Source of the DNA: Kiloniellales bacterium
GTDB lineage: Bacteria > Pseudomonadota > Alphaproteobacteria > Kiloniellales > JAKSBE01
Assembly: GCA_030066685.1 (NCBI GenBank)
Contig: JASJBF010000002.1
Span: 225,847 to 289,846, forward strand
DNA: 64,000 nt
Reading direction: 5' to 3'
A model generated the notes under the pieces. It worked only from the letters and a program-made list of their open reading frames with translations, was not told the DNA's origin and searched no databases. The position numbers and the translations under genes are program-made. Shown one piece after another: positions 38,061 through 47,373 of this stretch; position 1 is the first letter of the stretch; each line of letters starts with the position of its first letter.

Positions 38061-38951
38061 TTAGTCGGCAGCAGCTTGGGGCTTCTGTCCGCCGATGGTC
38101 GTGCGGTGCAGGAGGCGGCGCTGGCCGTCGTAGTCGTTGATCGCAAGGTGCTGGGTCACCCGGTTGTCCCAGAGCGCCAGCGAACCCGGAGCCCAGCGGA
38201 AGCGGCAGGAGAACTCGGGCTTTGTGGCGTGGCCCTGGAGGAAGTCGAGCAGCGGCTTGCTCTCCTCGCGGGTCATGTCCTCGAAGCGCAGGGCGTAGAC
38301 GGGGTTGACGAAGAGCGCCTTGCGGCCGGTCACCGGATGCCGGAGGACCACGGGATGGGCGGTCTCGAAGTCGGCCTCCGGGTTGTCGCGGTCGATCCGC
38401 ATCGAACGGCTGAGGCGGAAGTTCGACAGCGCCTCGTTCCGGGTGCCGTAGTAGGGCGCGGCCGTGTGCATCGCCTTCATGCCCTCCAGCAGGGCCTGCA
38501 GGCCCGGCGAGAGGGTCTCGAAGGCCAAGGCCATGTCGATCCACAGGGTGTCGCCGCCGGTCTCCGGGACCTCGAGCGCGTAGAGGCAGGTCGCGGCCGG
38601 GGGCTCGGGCAGGAAGGAGAAGTCGGAATGCCAGGTGCCGCCGAAGGTCGAGATCTTGGCCTCGTCGGCCTCCTTAAGGACGACGATGATCTCGGGATGG
38701 TCCGGGTGCGGGGCGATGAAGGGCATGCGTTCCGGCACGCCGAAGCGGGCCGAGAAGGCGATCTGCTGCTCGGGGGTCAGCTTCTGGTCACGGAAGAAGA
38801 TGACCTTGTGCGCGGCGAAGGCGCGGTCGATCTCCGCCGCCTGCCGCTCGTCCAAGGGCTCGGCGAGGTCGACGCCGTCGATCTCGGCCCCCAAGGCGCC
38901 GGAGACCGGCTGGACCGTGATTCTGCGATAGGTGCTTGCGTCCTCGGGCAT
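38061..38951 (-). CDS. TauD/TfdA-family Fe(II)/2-oxoglutarate dioxygenase
   Basis: ..WHSDFSFLPEPPAATCLYALEVPETGGDTLW..RVTQHLAINDYDG matches the taurine dioxygenase pattern (HxD...H). Start at MPEDAS. Confidence 0.8.
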   Translation of the reverse strand: MPEDASTYRRITVQPVSGALGAEIDGVDLAEPLDERQAAEIDRAFAAHKVIFFRDQKLTPEQQIAFSARFGVPERMPFIAPHPDHPEIIVVLKEADEAKISTFGGTWHSDFSFLPEPPAATCLYALEVPETGGDTLWIDMALAFETLSPGLQALLEGMKAMHTAAPYYGTRNEALSNFRLSRSMRIDRDNPEADFETAHPVVLRHPVTGRKALFVNPVYALRFEDMTREESKPLLDFLQGHATKPEFSCRFRWAPGSLALWDNRVTQHLAINDYDGQRRLLHRTTIGGQKPQAAAD

Positions 38952-38991
38952 TTGGCTCCCCCGGCTTCCGGCGCGCCGGCGCCCGGCGGGA

Positions 38992-39456
38992 TCAGCCCTC
39001 GAGCCCGCCCCAGGTGCCGTTGTTGGCCTTGCAGGCGATGGATTGCACCACATGGGCCCGGCCGCCGGCCAGGACCTTCTGGGTCAGGCGCTTGCAGGGC
39101 CGGCCGTCGGGGCCACGGAAGGCCGAGTTGATGTTGAACTGGCCGCCGTTGCCGCTCAAGGGGTTGTACCAGGAGGTCTTGCCGCCCTCGGGCCGGCTCT
39201 CCAGGGCCTCGCCGGCGGCGTTGCGGAAGTGGCGCTGGTCTTGGTCGCTGAGCATGGCGTCGACCACGCCGCCGCCGAGCACGTCCCGGAACTGGTCCAG
39301 CATGGCCCAGCCGGCATCGCTGTCGGCGTAGACGAGGGCGGCGTCTTCGGCCGGGCCCGGGGTCGGAAGAGCCTCCCGGCTCGCCGACTGGCAGGCGGCG
39401 AGGCCGGCAAGGATCGCAAGCGCCAGGACGGCGCGGAACCGCGACATCTCGGGCAT
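38992..39456 (-). CDS. lipoprotein (lipobox LAGLAAC), unknown function
   Basis: MPEMSRFRAVLALAILAGLAACQ then a soluble Gly-rich domain of about 130 aa. The N-terminal extension in the ORF track was rejected. Confidence 0.6.
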   Translation of the reverse strand: MPEMSRFRAVLALAILAGLAACQSASREALPTPGPAEDAALVYADSDAGWAMLDQFRDVLGGGVVDAMLSDQDQRHFRNAAGEALESRPEGGKTSWYNPLSGNGGQFNINSAFRGPDGRPCKRLTQKVLAGGRAHVVQSIACKANNGTWGGLEG

Positions 39457-39467
39457 CTCCCTCTGGC

Positions 39468-40136
39468 TCAGCCTTCGAGCGTCGCTTCGCTGTCGGCGCC
39501 GGCCTCCGCGGGGACTTCGGCCGGCGCTTCGGCTGCAGGGGGCGCGCCGACCTCCGCCTGAAGCTTGGCCTCGGCCTTGGCGGCCTCCTTCTCGGCGGCC
39601 TTGCGGGCCCGCTCCGCAGCGCGCTGCGCCTTCTCGATCACCGCGTTCAGTTCGCCCTGGCCACAGAGGCCGAGCAGCACCGGATCGCGGGGCTGGATGT
39701 TCGCCATGTTCCAGTGGGTCCGCTCGCGCACCGCCTGAATGGTATTCTTGGTGGTGCCGATCAGCTTGCTGATCTGGGCGTCCGAGACCTCGGGATAGTT
39801 GCGCAGCAGCCAGGCCACGCCGTTGGGCTTGTCCTGGCGCTTGGCGACCGGCGTGTAGCGCGGGCCCTTGGTCCGCTTCGCCGGCTGCGGCAGGTCCTGC
39901 TTGGCGAGCCGCATGCGCGTCGTCGAGTCGCCCTGGCAGCGGGCGATCTCTTCCTTGGTCAGCTGACCGTTGGCGATGGGATCCAGGCCCTGCATCCCGG
40001 TCGCGATCTCGCCGTCCGCGATCCCCTGGACCTCGAGGGGGTGCAGACCGCAGAAGTCCGCGATCTGGTCGAAGGTCAGGGCGGTGTTCTCCACCAGCCA
40101 CACGGCGGTGGCTTTGGGCATAAGCGGCTTGGACAT
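39468..40136 (-). CDS. DUF1013-family protein (alphaproteobacterial)
   Basis: MSKPLMPKATAVWLVENTALTFDQIADFCGLHPLEVQGIADGE is recalled as the characteristic DUF1013 N-terminus. Lys/Ala/Glu-rich tail. Confidence 0.65.
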   Translation of the reverse strand: MSKPLMPKATAVWLVENTALTFDQIADFCGLHPLEVQGIADGEIATGMQGLDPIANGQLTKEEIARCQGDSTTRMRLAKQDLPQPAKRTKGPRYTPVAKRQDKPNGVAWLLRNYPEVSDAQISKLIGTTKNTIQAVRERTHWNMANIQPRDPVLLGLCGQGELNAVIEKAQRAAERARKAAEKEAAKAEAKLQAEVGAPPAAEAPAEVPAEAGADSEATLEG

Positions 40137-40297
40137 GCTTCCTCCATCGGCAGGCCGGCTCGAGCGCCGACCAAGCCCAGCGGGCCGGATTGCCCGCCGA
40201 TCACCCTCACGCTAAATGGGGGATAGCCGAAATATAGGCGCCGGGACCGGCCCTGGAAAGCCCGGAACGCCCGGAAGCCGCCGCTGTCTTGGAAGCG

Positions 40298-41293
40298 TCA
40301 TACGGTCAGGACGATCTTGCCGATGTGGCTGCTGCTCTCCATCAGGCGGTGGGCCTCGGCCGCCTCGGCCAGGGGAAAGGTCTTGTACATCACCGGCTTG
40401 ACGTCCCCGGACTCGAGCAACGGCCAGACCTTTTCCTTAAGGCTCTGGGCGATCGCCGCCTTGAAGTCGAAGGGCCGGATGCGCAGGGTCGAGCCGGTCA
40501 CCGTCAGGCGCTTCAGCATGATCGGCAGGAAGTTGACTTCGACCTTGGGGCCGTTGAGGAAGGCGATGAACACCAGGCGGCCTTCAGGCGCCAGGGCCTT
40601 GATATCACGCGCGATGTAGTCGCCCCCGACCATGTCCAGGATCAGGTCGACGCCTTCGCCGGTGGCCTCGGTCACGACCTCGACGAAGTCCTCCTCGCGG
40701 TAATTGATCGCCCGCTCCGCGCCCAGCTCCTCGCAGGCCCGGCATTTCTCGGCCGAGCCGGCGGTGGCGAAGACCCGGGCCCCGAAGCGCGCGGCCAGCT
40801 GGATCGCCGTGGTGCCGATGCCGCTAGAGCCGCCGTGCACCAGGAAGCTCTCGCCCGACCGCAGGCCGCCGCGGTCGAAGACGTTGGACCAGACGGTGAA
40901 GAAGGTCTCCGGCAGCGCGGCCGCCTCGGCCAGGCTCAGGCCCCGCGGCACCGGCAGGCACTGGCCGACCGGGGCCGTACAGTACTCGGCATAGCCGCCG
41001 CCGGCGACCAGCGCGGTCACCTGGTCGCCGCCGTGCCAGCCGGTGACGCCCGGCCCGGTGGCGACGACCTCGCCGGCCAGCTCCAGGCCGGGGATGTCGG
41101 TCACCCCCGGCGGCGGCGGATAGCCGCCCTTGCGCTGCAGCACGTCCGGCCGGTTGACCCCGGCGGCGGCGACCTTGATCAGCAGCTCGCCTTCCCCGGG
41201 CTTTGGCACCGGCCGAGTGCAGGGCACCAGGGCCTCGGGGCCGCCCGGCTCGGGGATCTCGATGGCGGTCATGCTGTCCGGTATCTGGTACAT
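40298..41293 (-). CDS. qor: NAD(P)H:quinone oxidoreductase (zinc-type alcohol dehydrogenase superfamily)
   Basis: ..GVNRPDVLQRKGGYPPPPG..GLELAGEV..HGGSSGIGTTAIQLA.. matches the Qor/MDR family. Confidence 0.85.
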   Translation of the reverse strand: MYQIPDSMTAIEIPEPGGPEALVPCTRPVPKPGEGELLIKVAAAGVNRPDVLQRKGGYPPPPGVTDIPGLELAGEVVATGPGVTGWHGGDQVTALVAGGGYAEYCTAPVGQCLPVPRGLSLAEAAALPETFFTVWSNVFDRGGLRSGESFLVHGGSSGIGTTAIQLAARFGARVFATAGSAEKCRACEELGAERAINYREEDFVEVVTEATGEGVDLILDMVGGDYIARDIKALAPEGRLVFIAFLNGPKVEVNFLPIMLKRLTVTGSTLRIRPFDFKAAIAQSLKEKVWPLLESGDVKPVMYKTFPLAEAAEAHRLMESSSHIGKIVLTV

Positions 41294-41380
41294 CCTGGTC
41301 TCCCCAAAGCTGGCGCGCTGCCGCCGATCTAGTATCATGCGAGCCGGGATGGCAAGCGCCGCATCTTCGAGGGGCCCGAC

Positions 41381-41563
41381 ATGGAACTGGAAGACCTTGA
41401 ACCCAGAACCAAGCAGCCGAAACCCAAGGACCTGGAAAGCCTCGGGGTCGAGGAACTGGAGGAGTATCTCGCCAAACTGGAGGCCGAGGCCGAACGGGTG
41501 AAGGAGAAGATTGCCGCCAAGAAGGCCTATCTCTCCGGCGCGGATTCGCTCTTCAAGAGCTAG
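41381..41563 (+). CDS. DUF1192-family small protein
   Basis: A 60 aa protein, ..LESLGVEELEEYLAKLEAEAERVKEKIAAKKA, typical of alphaproteobacterial DUF1192. Confidence 0.6.
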   Translation: MELEDLEPRTKQPKPKDLESLGVEELEEYLAKLEAEAERVKEKIAAKKAYLSGADSLFKS

Positions 41564-41775
41564 GCTGCGGTCCGGCGCCCGCGGCCCCGCAAGTAAAGCA
41601 ACCAGCCGAGCGCTCCCAGGATCAGCACGATCACCAGCCAGCCGACCCGCGGGCTGAAGGGACAGCGCGCGCCGGGCGGCATCCGCCAGGGCCCGCCCCG
41701 GGGCGACAGCGCCACGTGCGCGATCGGCAGCAGATAGAAGCCGATCAGGAAGGTCCAGGCAGCCAGCGGGTTCAT
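41560..41775 (-). CDS. possible small membrane protein
   Basis: A 71 aa protein with two hydrophobic segments. Weak support. Confidence 0.35.
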   Translation of the reverse strand: MNPLAAWTFLIGFYLLPIAHVALSPRGGPWRMPPGARCPFSPRVGWLVIVLILGALGWLLYLRGRGRRTAA

Positions 41776-41910
41776 AGCACGGCCATTCTGAGCCCCCGGA
41801 GTATCGGGTTCCAGCCCCTACGCCTCAATGTTGCGGCTGTTTCACTTTCTCTTGCCGTCCTTCGCGATTATGTAAGCCTCCACACGAGCGTTCAGGACAG
41901 GGAGAGTGGC

Positions 41911-42693
41911 ATGCTCAAAGGCAAGACGGCTTTGGTGACGGGATCGACCAGCGGCATCGGCTTGGGGATTGCCCGCGCCCTGGCGGGGCAGGGCAGCAAT
42001 ATCGTACTCAATGGACTCGGTGATGCCGCAGAGATTGAAAGCCTGCGCCATGAGATCGCCGAGCAGGCGGGGGTCGATGTCCGTTTCTCCGGTGCCGACC
42101 TCTCCAAGCCCGAGGAGATCGCGGCCATGGTCGAAGAGACGGAGGCGGCCTTCGGCGGGGTTGATATCCTGGTCAACAACGCCGGTATCCAACACACCGA
42201 TCCGGTCGATGCCTTTCCGCCGGAGCGCTGGGACGCGGTCATCGCGATCAACCTGACCGGCGTCTTTCACAGCATCCGCGCGGTCCTGCCCAGGATGCGC
42301 GCGCGCGACTGGGGCCGGATCATCAACGTCGCCTCGGCCCACGGCTTGGTCGCCTCGGTCAACAAGAGCGCCTATGTCGCCGCCAAGCACGGCGTCGTCG
42401 GCCTGACCAAGGTCGTGGCGCTGGAGACCGCCGAGGCCGACATCACCTGCAACGCGATCTGCCCCGGCTGGGTCCTGACCCCGCTTGTCCAAAAGCAGAT
42501 CGAGACCCGCGCGGAAGAGGAAGGCATCTCGGTCGAGCAGGCGGAGTACGACCTGCTAAGCGAGAAGCAGCCCTCGAAGAAGTTCGCGACCGTGGAACAG
42601 ATCGGCGAATTGGCGGTCTTTCTTTGCGGCCCGGGCGCGGCGCAGATCACCGGCACCACCCACTCGATCGACGGCGGCTGGACGGCGCAGTGA
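41911..42693 (+). CDS. bdhA: 3-hydroxybutyrate dehydrogenase (SDR)
   Basis: MLKGKTALVTGSTSGIGLGIA..NNAGIQH..SAYVAAKHG.. is a close pattern match to BdhA. Confidence 0.88.
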   Translation: MLKGKTALVTGSTSGIGLGIARALAGQGSNIVLNGLGDAAEIESLRHEIAEQAGVDVRFSGADLSKPEEIAAMVEETEAAFGGVDILVNNAGIQHTDPVDAFPPERWDAVIAINLTGVFHSIRAVLPRMRARDWGRIINVASAHGLVASVNKSAYVAAKHGVVGLTKVVALETAEADITCNAICPGWVLTPLVQKQIETRAEEEGISVEQAEYDLLSEKQPSKKFATVEQIGELAVFLCGPGAAQITGTTHSIDGGWTAQ

Positions 42694-42707
42694 GGGTCCT
42701 GCGCCAT

Positions 42708-43286
42708 CTAGGGCTCCGCGATCCAGGCCCTGACGATGTCGACGAAGGCCTCTAGGCGTTTGTCCGAGCGCTCGACCCGCGGGAGATGCACGAAGCCAGT
42801 GCGAGTGCCCGGGAAGGCTGTGGCCGCGAGGTGCGCCGCGGTGAAGAAGGCATGGTTGCAGACGTAGCCGCCGGCGTCGCGTGATAACTCCACCTCCTCC
42901 CCGAGGCCGCGGGCGGTCTCGGCCATGCGGCCGAGCGGCAGGGTGCTCCAGTAGCCGACGGGCGCTCCGGCAAGGATGCGCTGACCTTGCCGGACCTCGC
43001 CGTCGTTGTCGGGGGCCGCGGCATCGTTCAGGTTCAAGGCGACCTGCTCGAGACGGATCCGGACGGCCTCGCCGGCAAGGCCGAGCATCAGCGCTCTTCG
43101 CGGCCGATGTGCCCGGAGCAGATCGCCGATGCCGGCTTCGGCCCGCCGGTAGGAGGTCGGCAGCACGGCCGTCACGACGGCGGGGTCGCCCAGCGCGGCG
43201 AGCGCCGACACCACCAGCTCCGAAGGGTTGCAGCTCGCGCCGCCGAAGGGCTCGAAGCCCGTTACCAAGTTTGCCATGGTCGTCAC
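42708..43286 (-). CDS. pcp: pyroglutamyl-peptidase I (C15 family)
   Basis: LVTGFEPFGG..NPS..GGYVCNHAFF.. matches the pyrrolidone-carboxylate peptidase motifs. Confidence 0.85.
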   Translation of the reverse strand: MTTMANLVTGFEPFGGASCNPSELVVSALAALGDPAVVTAVLPTSYRRAEAGIGDLLRAHRPRRALMLGLAGEAVRIRLEQVALNLNDAAAPDNDGEVRQGQRILAGAPVGYWSTLPLGRMAETARGLGEEVELSRDAGGYVCNHAFFTAAHLAATAFPGTRTGFVHLPRVERSDKRLEAFVDIVRAWIAEP

Positions 43287-43398
43287 CCCGTAGCCGCAGC
43301 CAGCCCCGCGCTGATTCTAGTCAAAGTCCTGTAGTACTTTGCAGCCTATAGTATCACTCCGAACCAACATCGTTACTCGAACGGGGAAGCAGGGCAGC

Positions 43399-44319
43399 AT
43401 GAGCACCGAAACACGTGAGCCGAGGGAGCAGAGCTGGGTCGAGGCAGAGCTCGAGGACAGCTTCGACGAAGAGCTGGAGATGGAGATCGACGACGAGCGG
43501 ATCGCCAGAGAGCTCCGTACGATCACCGACCTCAAGCACACGTCGACCCTGGAGCGGCGCTTCTACTTCCACGAGCTGTTCCGCTTGCAGGCGGAGCTGG
43601 TGAAGCTCCAGGACTGGGTCGTGCAGACCGAGTACAAGCTGGTCGTCGTCTTCGAGGGCCGGGACGCGGCCGGCAAGGGCGGCGTGATCAAGCGCATCAC
43701 CCAGCGCCTGAACCCGCGGGTCTGCCGGGTCGTGGCCTTGCCTGCGCCGACCGAGCGCGAGAAGTCCCAGTGGTACTTCCAGCGCTACGTGCCGCATTTG
43801 CCGGCCGGCGGCGAGATCGTGCTCTTCGACCGCTCCTGGTACAACCGCGCCGGGGTCGAGCGGGTCATGGGCTTCGCGACCCCGGACCAGGTCGACGAGT
43901 TCTTCTACGATGTTCCGGAGTTCGAGCGGATGCTGGTCCGATCGGGCATCAAGCTCATCAAATACTGGTTCTCGATCACCGACCAGGAGCAGCAGCTGCG
44001 CTTCCTGATGCGAATCCACGACCCGATGAAGCAGTGGAAGCTGAGCCCAATGGACCTGCAGTCGCGCGTCCGCTGGGAGGACTACACCAAGGTCAAGGAG
44101 CAGATGTTCGAGCGCACGAACATTCCGGAAGCCCCGTGGTTCATCGTCGAGGGCAACGACAAGAAGCGGGCCCGGCTCAACTGCATTCATCACCTCCTGC
44201 AGCAGATGCCTTACCGGGAGGTGCCGCAGGCGCCGATCACGCTTCCCGATCGGGATCACAATCCGGACTACGAGCGCAAGGTTCTGCCCGACGAGCTCTA
44301 TGTCCCCCAGACCTACTGA
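43399..44319 (+). CDS. ppk2: polyphosphate kinase 2 family
   Basis: Walker A-like GRDAAGKGG plus ..FDRSWYNRAGVERVMGF..KYWFSITDQEQQLRF are PPK2 hallmarks. Confidence 0.88.
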   Translation: MSTETREPREQSWVEAELEDSFDEELEMEIDDERIARELRTITDLKHTSTLERRFYFHELFRLQAELVKLQDWVVQTEYKLVVVFEGRDAAGKGGVIKRITQRLNPRVCRVVALPAPTEREKSQWYFQRYVPHLPAGGEIVLFDRSWYNRAGVERVMGFATPDQVDEFFYDVPEFERMLVRSGIKLIKYWFSITDQEQQLRFLMRIHDPMKQWKLSPMDLQSRVRWEDYTKVKEQMFERTNIPEAPWFIVEGNDKKRARLNCIHHLLQQMPYREVPQAPITLPDRDHNPDYERKVLPDELYVPQTY

Positions 44320-44410
44320 GGTCTGGTCTGGGGGAGGGCGCGGACAGCAGACCTCGGTCGTTCGGAGAGGGCGCAGTCGGATAGGAAGGGCGTGCTGGGT
44401 CTCGCGATGA

Positions 44411-44815
44411 ATGAGATCGATAGACTGGACCCACCCGCATTGGCGGATCCCTCCGACTGGCTACGCGCAAGTGGTCACCGCTCCCGCGGACGCTCGGCTC
44501 GTCTTCGTGTCGGGTCAGCTCGGTGACCGTCCGGACGGCCGCAGGGCCCCGACCTTCGGGGCGCAGGTCGCCTGGAGCTTCGAGAACCTCGAACACGCGT
44601 TAAGGGCTGCCGGCGCCTCGCGCCGATCGGTGCTTCAGATCACGATCCTCGTCGTCGACCACGATTCCGGTCGCCTGCAAGTTGTTTCGGAAGCGCGGCG
44701 GCAATTCTTTGGAGAGCACAGGCCCGCGAGCACCTTGATCCCCGTTCCTCGCCTGGCCTGCGATTGGATGCTGTTCGAGATAAACGCCATCGCCCTCGCC
44801 GGCACGGCCGATTGA
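44411..44815 (+). CDS. RidA/YjgF-family protein
   Basis: ..YAQVVTAP..LVFVSGQLG.. and C-terminal ..TLIPVPRLA..EINAIA.. match the RidA pattern. Confidence 0.8.
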   Translation: MRSIDWTHPHWRIPPTGYAQVVTAPADARLVFVSGQLGDRPDGRRAPTFGAQVAWSFENLEHALRAAGASRRSVLQITILVVDHDSGRLQVVSEARRQFFGEHRPASTLIPVPRLACDWMLFEINAIALAGTAD

Positions 44816-44876
44816 GCAGTGACCCCTTGTCCCTTTGGCTCCGAGATTCGCTCTTGCGAGTTTCGGAAGCGGGACA

Positions 44877-45620
44877 CTAGTACCAGATCTCCATCCTCAA
44901 GCCCCTCGCATCGTGTAGCGGTTCTTCGGGCAGGCGGACGGCCTCGCCCCGGAGCATGCGGTGGGCGGCCAGGGCGCAGGCCGCGGCATCGATGACGTCG
45001 TCGGGCTGGACCTGCGCCCGCGGGAAGACGTCTAGCAGTCGCTGGATGCCCGGGAGTCCTGCGCCCGCAAGGAGCTGCAAGCGGGCCTCGCGGCCTTCCG
45101 CGCTGCGCTTGCCGGGCAAGGGGGCCCAGCCGTTCAGGTGGTGGAAGATCAGCTCCGGATGGGCCTCGCGGACGCGGTCCTGGTCCGCAGGGCCCAGAGC
45201 CTCGTCCAGCTCGCGGATCTTGGGCAGGATGTTCCAGCTCTGCTTGCTGAGGCCACAGCCCTCGCGGCGCCGGCCCTCGGCCTGGGCCTCATCCCAGGCG
45301 CCGCAGTCGAGCATGTAGCGGCGCGGGGCCGGGAAGACGCTGGACTTGCGCCCGCGCGGCAGCAGCCGCCGAGCCGCGACGTCGCAGCCGCGCGGCCCGA
45401 CATCGGCCAAGCCGATCGGCATGTCGACGGCGACCAAGGCGGCCAGGTCCCGCTCCGCGGCCAGCGCCGACCAGTCCGCCGCCAGCGCCGCCCTCAATTT
45501 GCCGGATTCCGGCTCCAGGATGACAGTGACCCAGCCGGCGCGACAGCCGTCGAGGCCCAGAATCTTTTTTTTTCCACAGATTTTCCCTCTCTGGGCATAT
45601 TTGGTTAAGAAATTAACCAT
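44877..45620 (-). CDS. DUF429-domain protein
   Basis: ..ILGLDGCRAGWV.. is the typical DUF429 start. The N-terminal roughly 20 aa, including the A9 tract, may be non-coding. Confidence 0.6.
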   Translation of the reverse strand: MVNFLTKYAQRGKICGKKKILGLDGCRAGWVTVILEPESGKLRAALAADWSALAAERDLAALVAVDMPIGLADVGPRGCDVAARRLLPRGRKSSVFPAPRRYMLDCGAWDEAQAEGRRREGCGLSKQSWNILPKIRELDEALGPADQDRVREAHPELIFHHLNGWAPLPGKRSAEGREARLQLLAGAGLPGIQRLLDVFPRAQVQPDDVIDAAACALAAHRMLRGEAVRLPEEPLHDARGLRMEIWY

Positions 45621-45737
45621 TTGTTAGGAACCGCTCACTATTTTGGGCAGTGACGGTATTGGTTCCTGTCCTCCCACGGGAGCCTGACACGTCGCTCTGA
45701 CGTGTATCCGTTCCTTGAATGCCTCCCTGTTGACTTG

Positions 45738-45775
45738 CCGCCCGGCCTCTTGGCCGGGCGGCCTTGTTTTTTTCT
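45738..45775 (+). terminator. Rho-independent terminator-like hairpin within the metY upstream region
   Basis: GCCGCCCGGCC-TCTT-GGCCGGGCGGC followed by CTTGTTTTTTTCTG. Confidence 0.55.
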
Positions 45776-46065
45776 GCGGGTTTTCCCTTATCCCAGAATC
45801 CATTCTTGACCACTTAGGGGCAGCACCATAGTGTCTTCCTCCACGGCAAGTTGACAGGTCGAGGCTTCAAAGAACAAGGAGGGCGTGAGCCGGCGAAAGC
45901 CAGGCTCAAAGCCCTCCAAGTTCTTTTGGAGCCAATTTTTTTTCCAGATCGTTCGGGACTTCCTCCGGCCCCTTCAGAGACGCACGGGCGGCGGCGCTGA
46001 CCCTGTGCGCCGGCGCTGGCCACTGCGACCGTTTCCTGTAAGGTGGCGCCAAGGGGAGATGCGCC

Positions 46066-47361
46066 ATGGCCGATCCGAAGTTTCTCAAGTTCGACACCCT
46101 CAGCCTGCACGCCGGACAGCGGCCCGACCCCACCACGGGCTCCCGGGCGGTGCCGATCTACCAGACCACCTCCTACGTGTTCCGCGACACCGACCACGCC
46201 GCGGCGCTCTTCAACCTGGAGCGGACCGGACACATCTACTCGCGGATCTCCAACCCGACCACGGCGGTCCTGGAGGAGCGGGTGGCGGCCCTGGAGCAGG
46301 GGGTCGGCGCGGTCGCCACGGCCTCCGGTCAGGCCGCCCTGCACCTCGCCATCACAACCCTGACGGGGCAGGGCGGCCACATCGTCGCTTCGGCCTCGCT
46401 CTACGGCGGCAGCGTGAACCTCCTGGCGCTCACCCTGCCGCGCTTCGGGATCGAGACCACCTTCGTCAAGCCGCGCGACCTCAAGGGCATGGAGGCGGCG
46501 ATCCGCCCGGAAACCGCCCTGATCTTCGCCGAGACCCTGGGCAATCCGGGCCTCGAGGTGCTTAACATCCCGGCGGTGTCGGAGATCGCCCACCGCGCCG
46601 GGATCCCGCTCCTGATCGACAACACCTTCGCCAGCCCCTTCCTCTGCCGGCCGGTCGAGTTCGGCTGCGACCTGGTCATGCACTCGGCGACCAAGTGGCT
46701 CGGCGGCCACGGCGTCGCGATCGGCGGCGTCATCGTCGACGGCGGCCGCTTCGATTGGGAGAAGAGCGGCCGCTTCCCGACCCTGACCGAGCCTTACGCC
46801 GGCTACCACGGCATCGACTTCGCCGAGGAGTTCGGCCCCCAGGCCTTCTGCATGCGGGCCCGGGCCGAGGGCCTGCGCGACTTCGGCGCTGCCATGAGCC
46901 CGGCCAACGCCTTTCACATCCTGCAGGGCGTCGAGACCCTGCCGCTCAGGATGGAGCGCCACGTCGCCAACACAACTGTCGTGCTGGAGTTCCTGCTCGA
47001 GAACGAGGCCGTTTCCTGGGTGTTGCACCCGATCCTGCCCAGCCACGAGGACCACGAGCTCGCCAAGCGCCTGCTGCCCAAGGGCGCCGGCTCGATCGTG
47101 TCCTTCGGCGTCAAGGGCGGGCGCGCAGCCGGCCGGCGTTTTATCGAGGCCTGCGGCCTGGCGTCGCACCTGGCCAACGTCGGCGACGCCAAGACCCTGG
47201 TCATCCACCCGGCCAGCACCACCCATCAGCAGATGGACGCCGCGCAGCTCGAAGCCGCGGGGGTCGGCGAGGACATGATCCGGCTCTCGGTCGGCTTGGA
47301 GGATCCCGGCGACATCGTCGAAGACCTGCGCCAGGCGCTGCGCGCCTCCCAGAAGAGCTAG
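46066..47361 (+). CDS. metY: O-acetylhomoserine aminocarboxypropyltransferase (sulfhydrylase)
   Basis: PLP enzyme: ..RISNPTT..HSATKWLGGHG.. (Lys in SATKW), and MetY-like over the full 431 aa. Confidence 0.92.
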   Translation: MADPKFLKFDTLSLHAGQRPDPTTGSRAVPIYQTTSYVFRDTDHAAALFNLERTGHIYSRISNPTTAVLEERVAALEQGVGAVATASGQAALHLAITTLTGQGGHIVASASLYGGSVNLLALTLPRFGIETTFVKPRDLKGMEAAIRPETALIFAETLGNPGLEVLNIPAVSEIAHRAGIPLLIDNTFASPFLCRPVEFGCDLVMHSATKWLGGHGVAIGGVIVDGGRFDWEKSGRFPTLTEPYAGYHGIDFAEEFGPQAFCMRARAEGLRDFGAAMSPANAFHILQGVETLPLRMERHVANTTVVLEFLLENEAVSWVLHPILPSHEDHELAKRLLPKGAGSIVSFGVKGGRAAGRRFIEACGLASHLANVGDAKTLVIHPASTTHQQMDAAQLEAAGVGEDMIRLSVGLEDPGDIVEDLRQALRASQKS

Positions 47362-47373
47362 GAACAGGGCCTC

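Noticed and set aside
45780-46065. SAM-II riboswitch call upstream of metY.
   Set aside because: The expected class and location are right, but I could not find the conserved AAAGCUAAAAA pseudoknot core by eye. It is reported only as a structured leader to test with covariance models.
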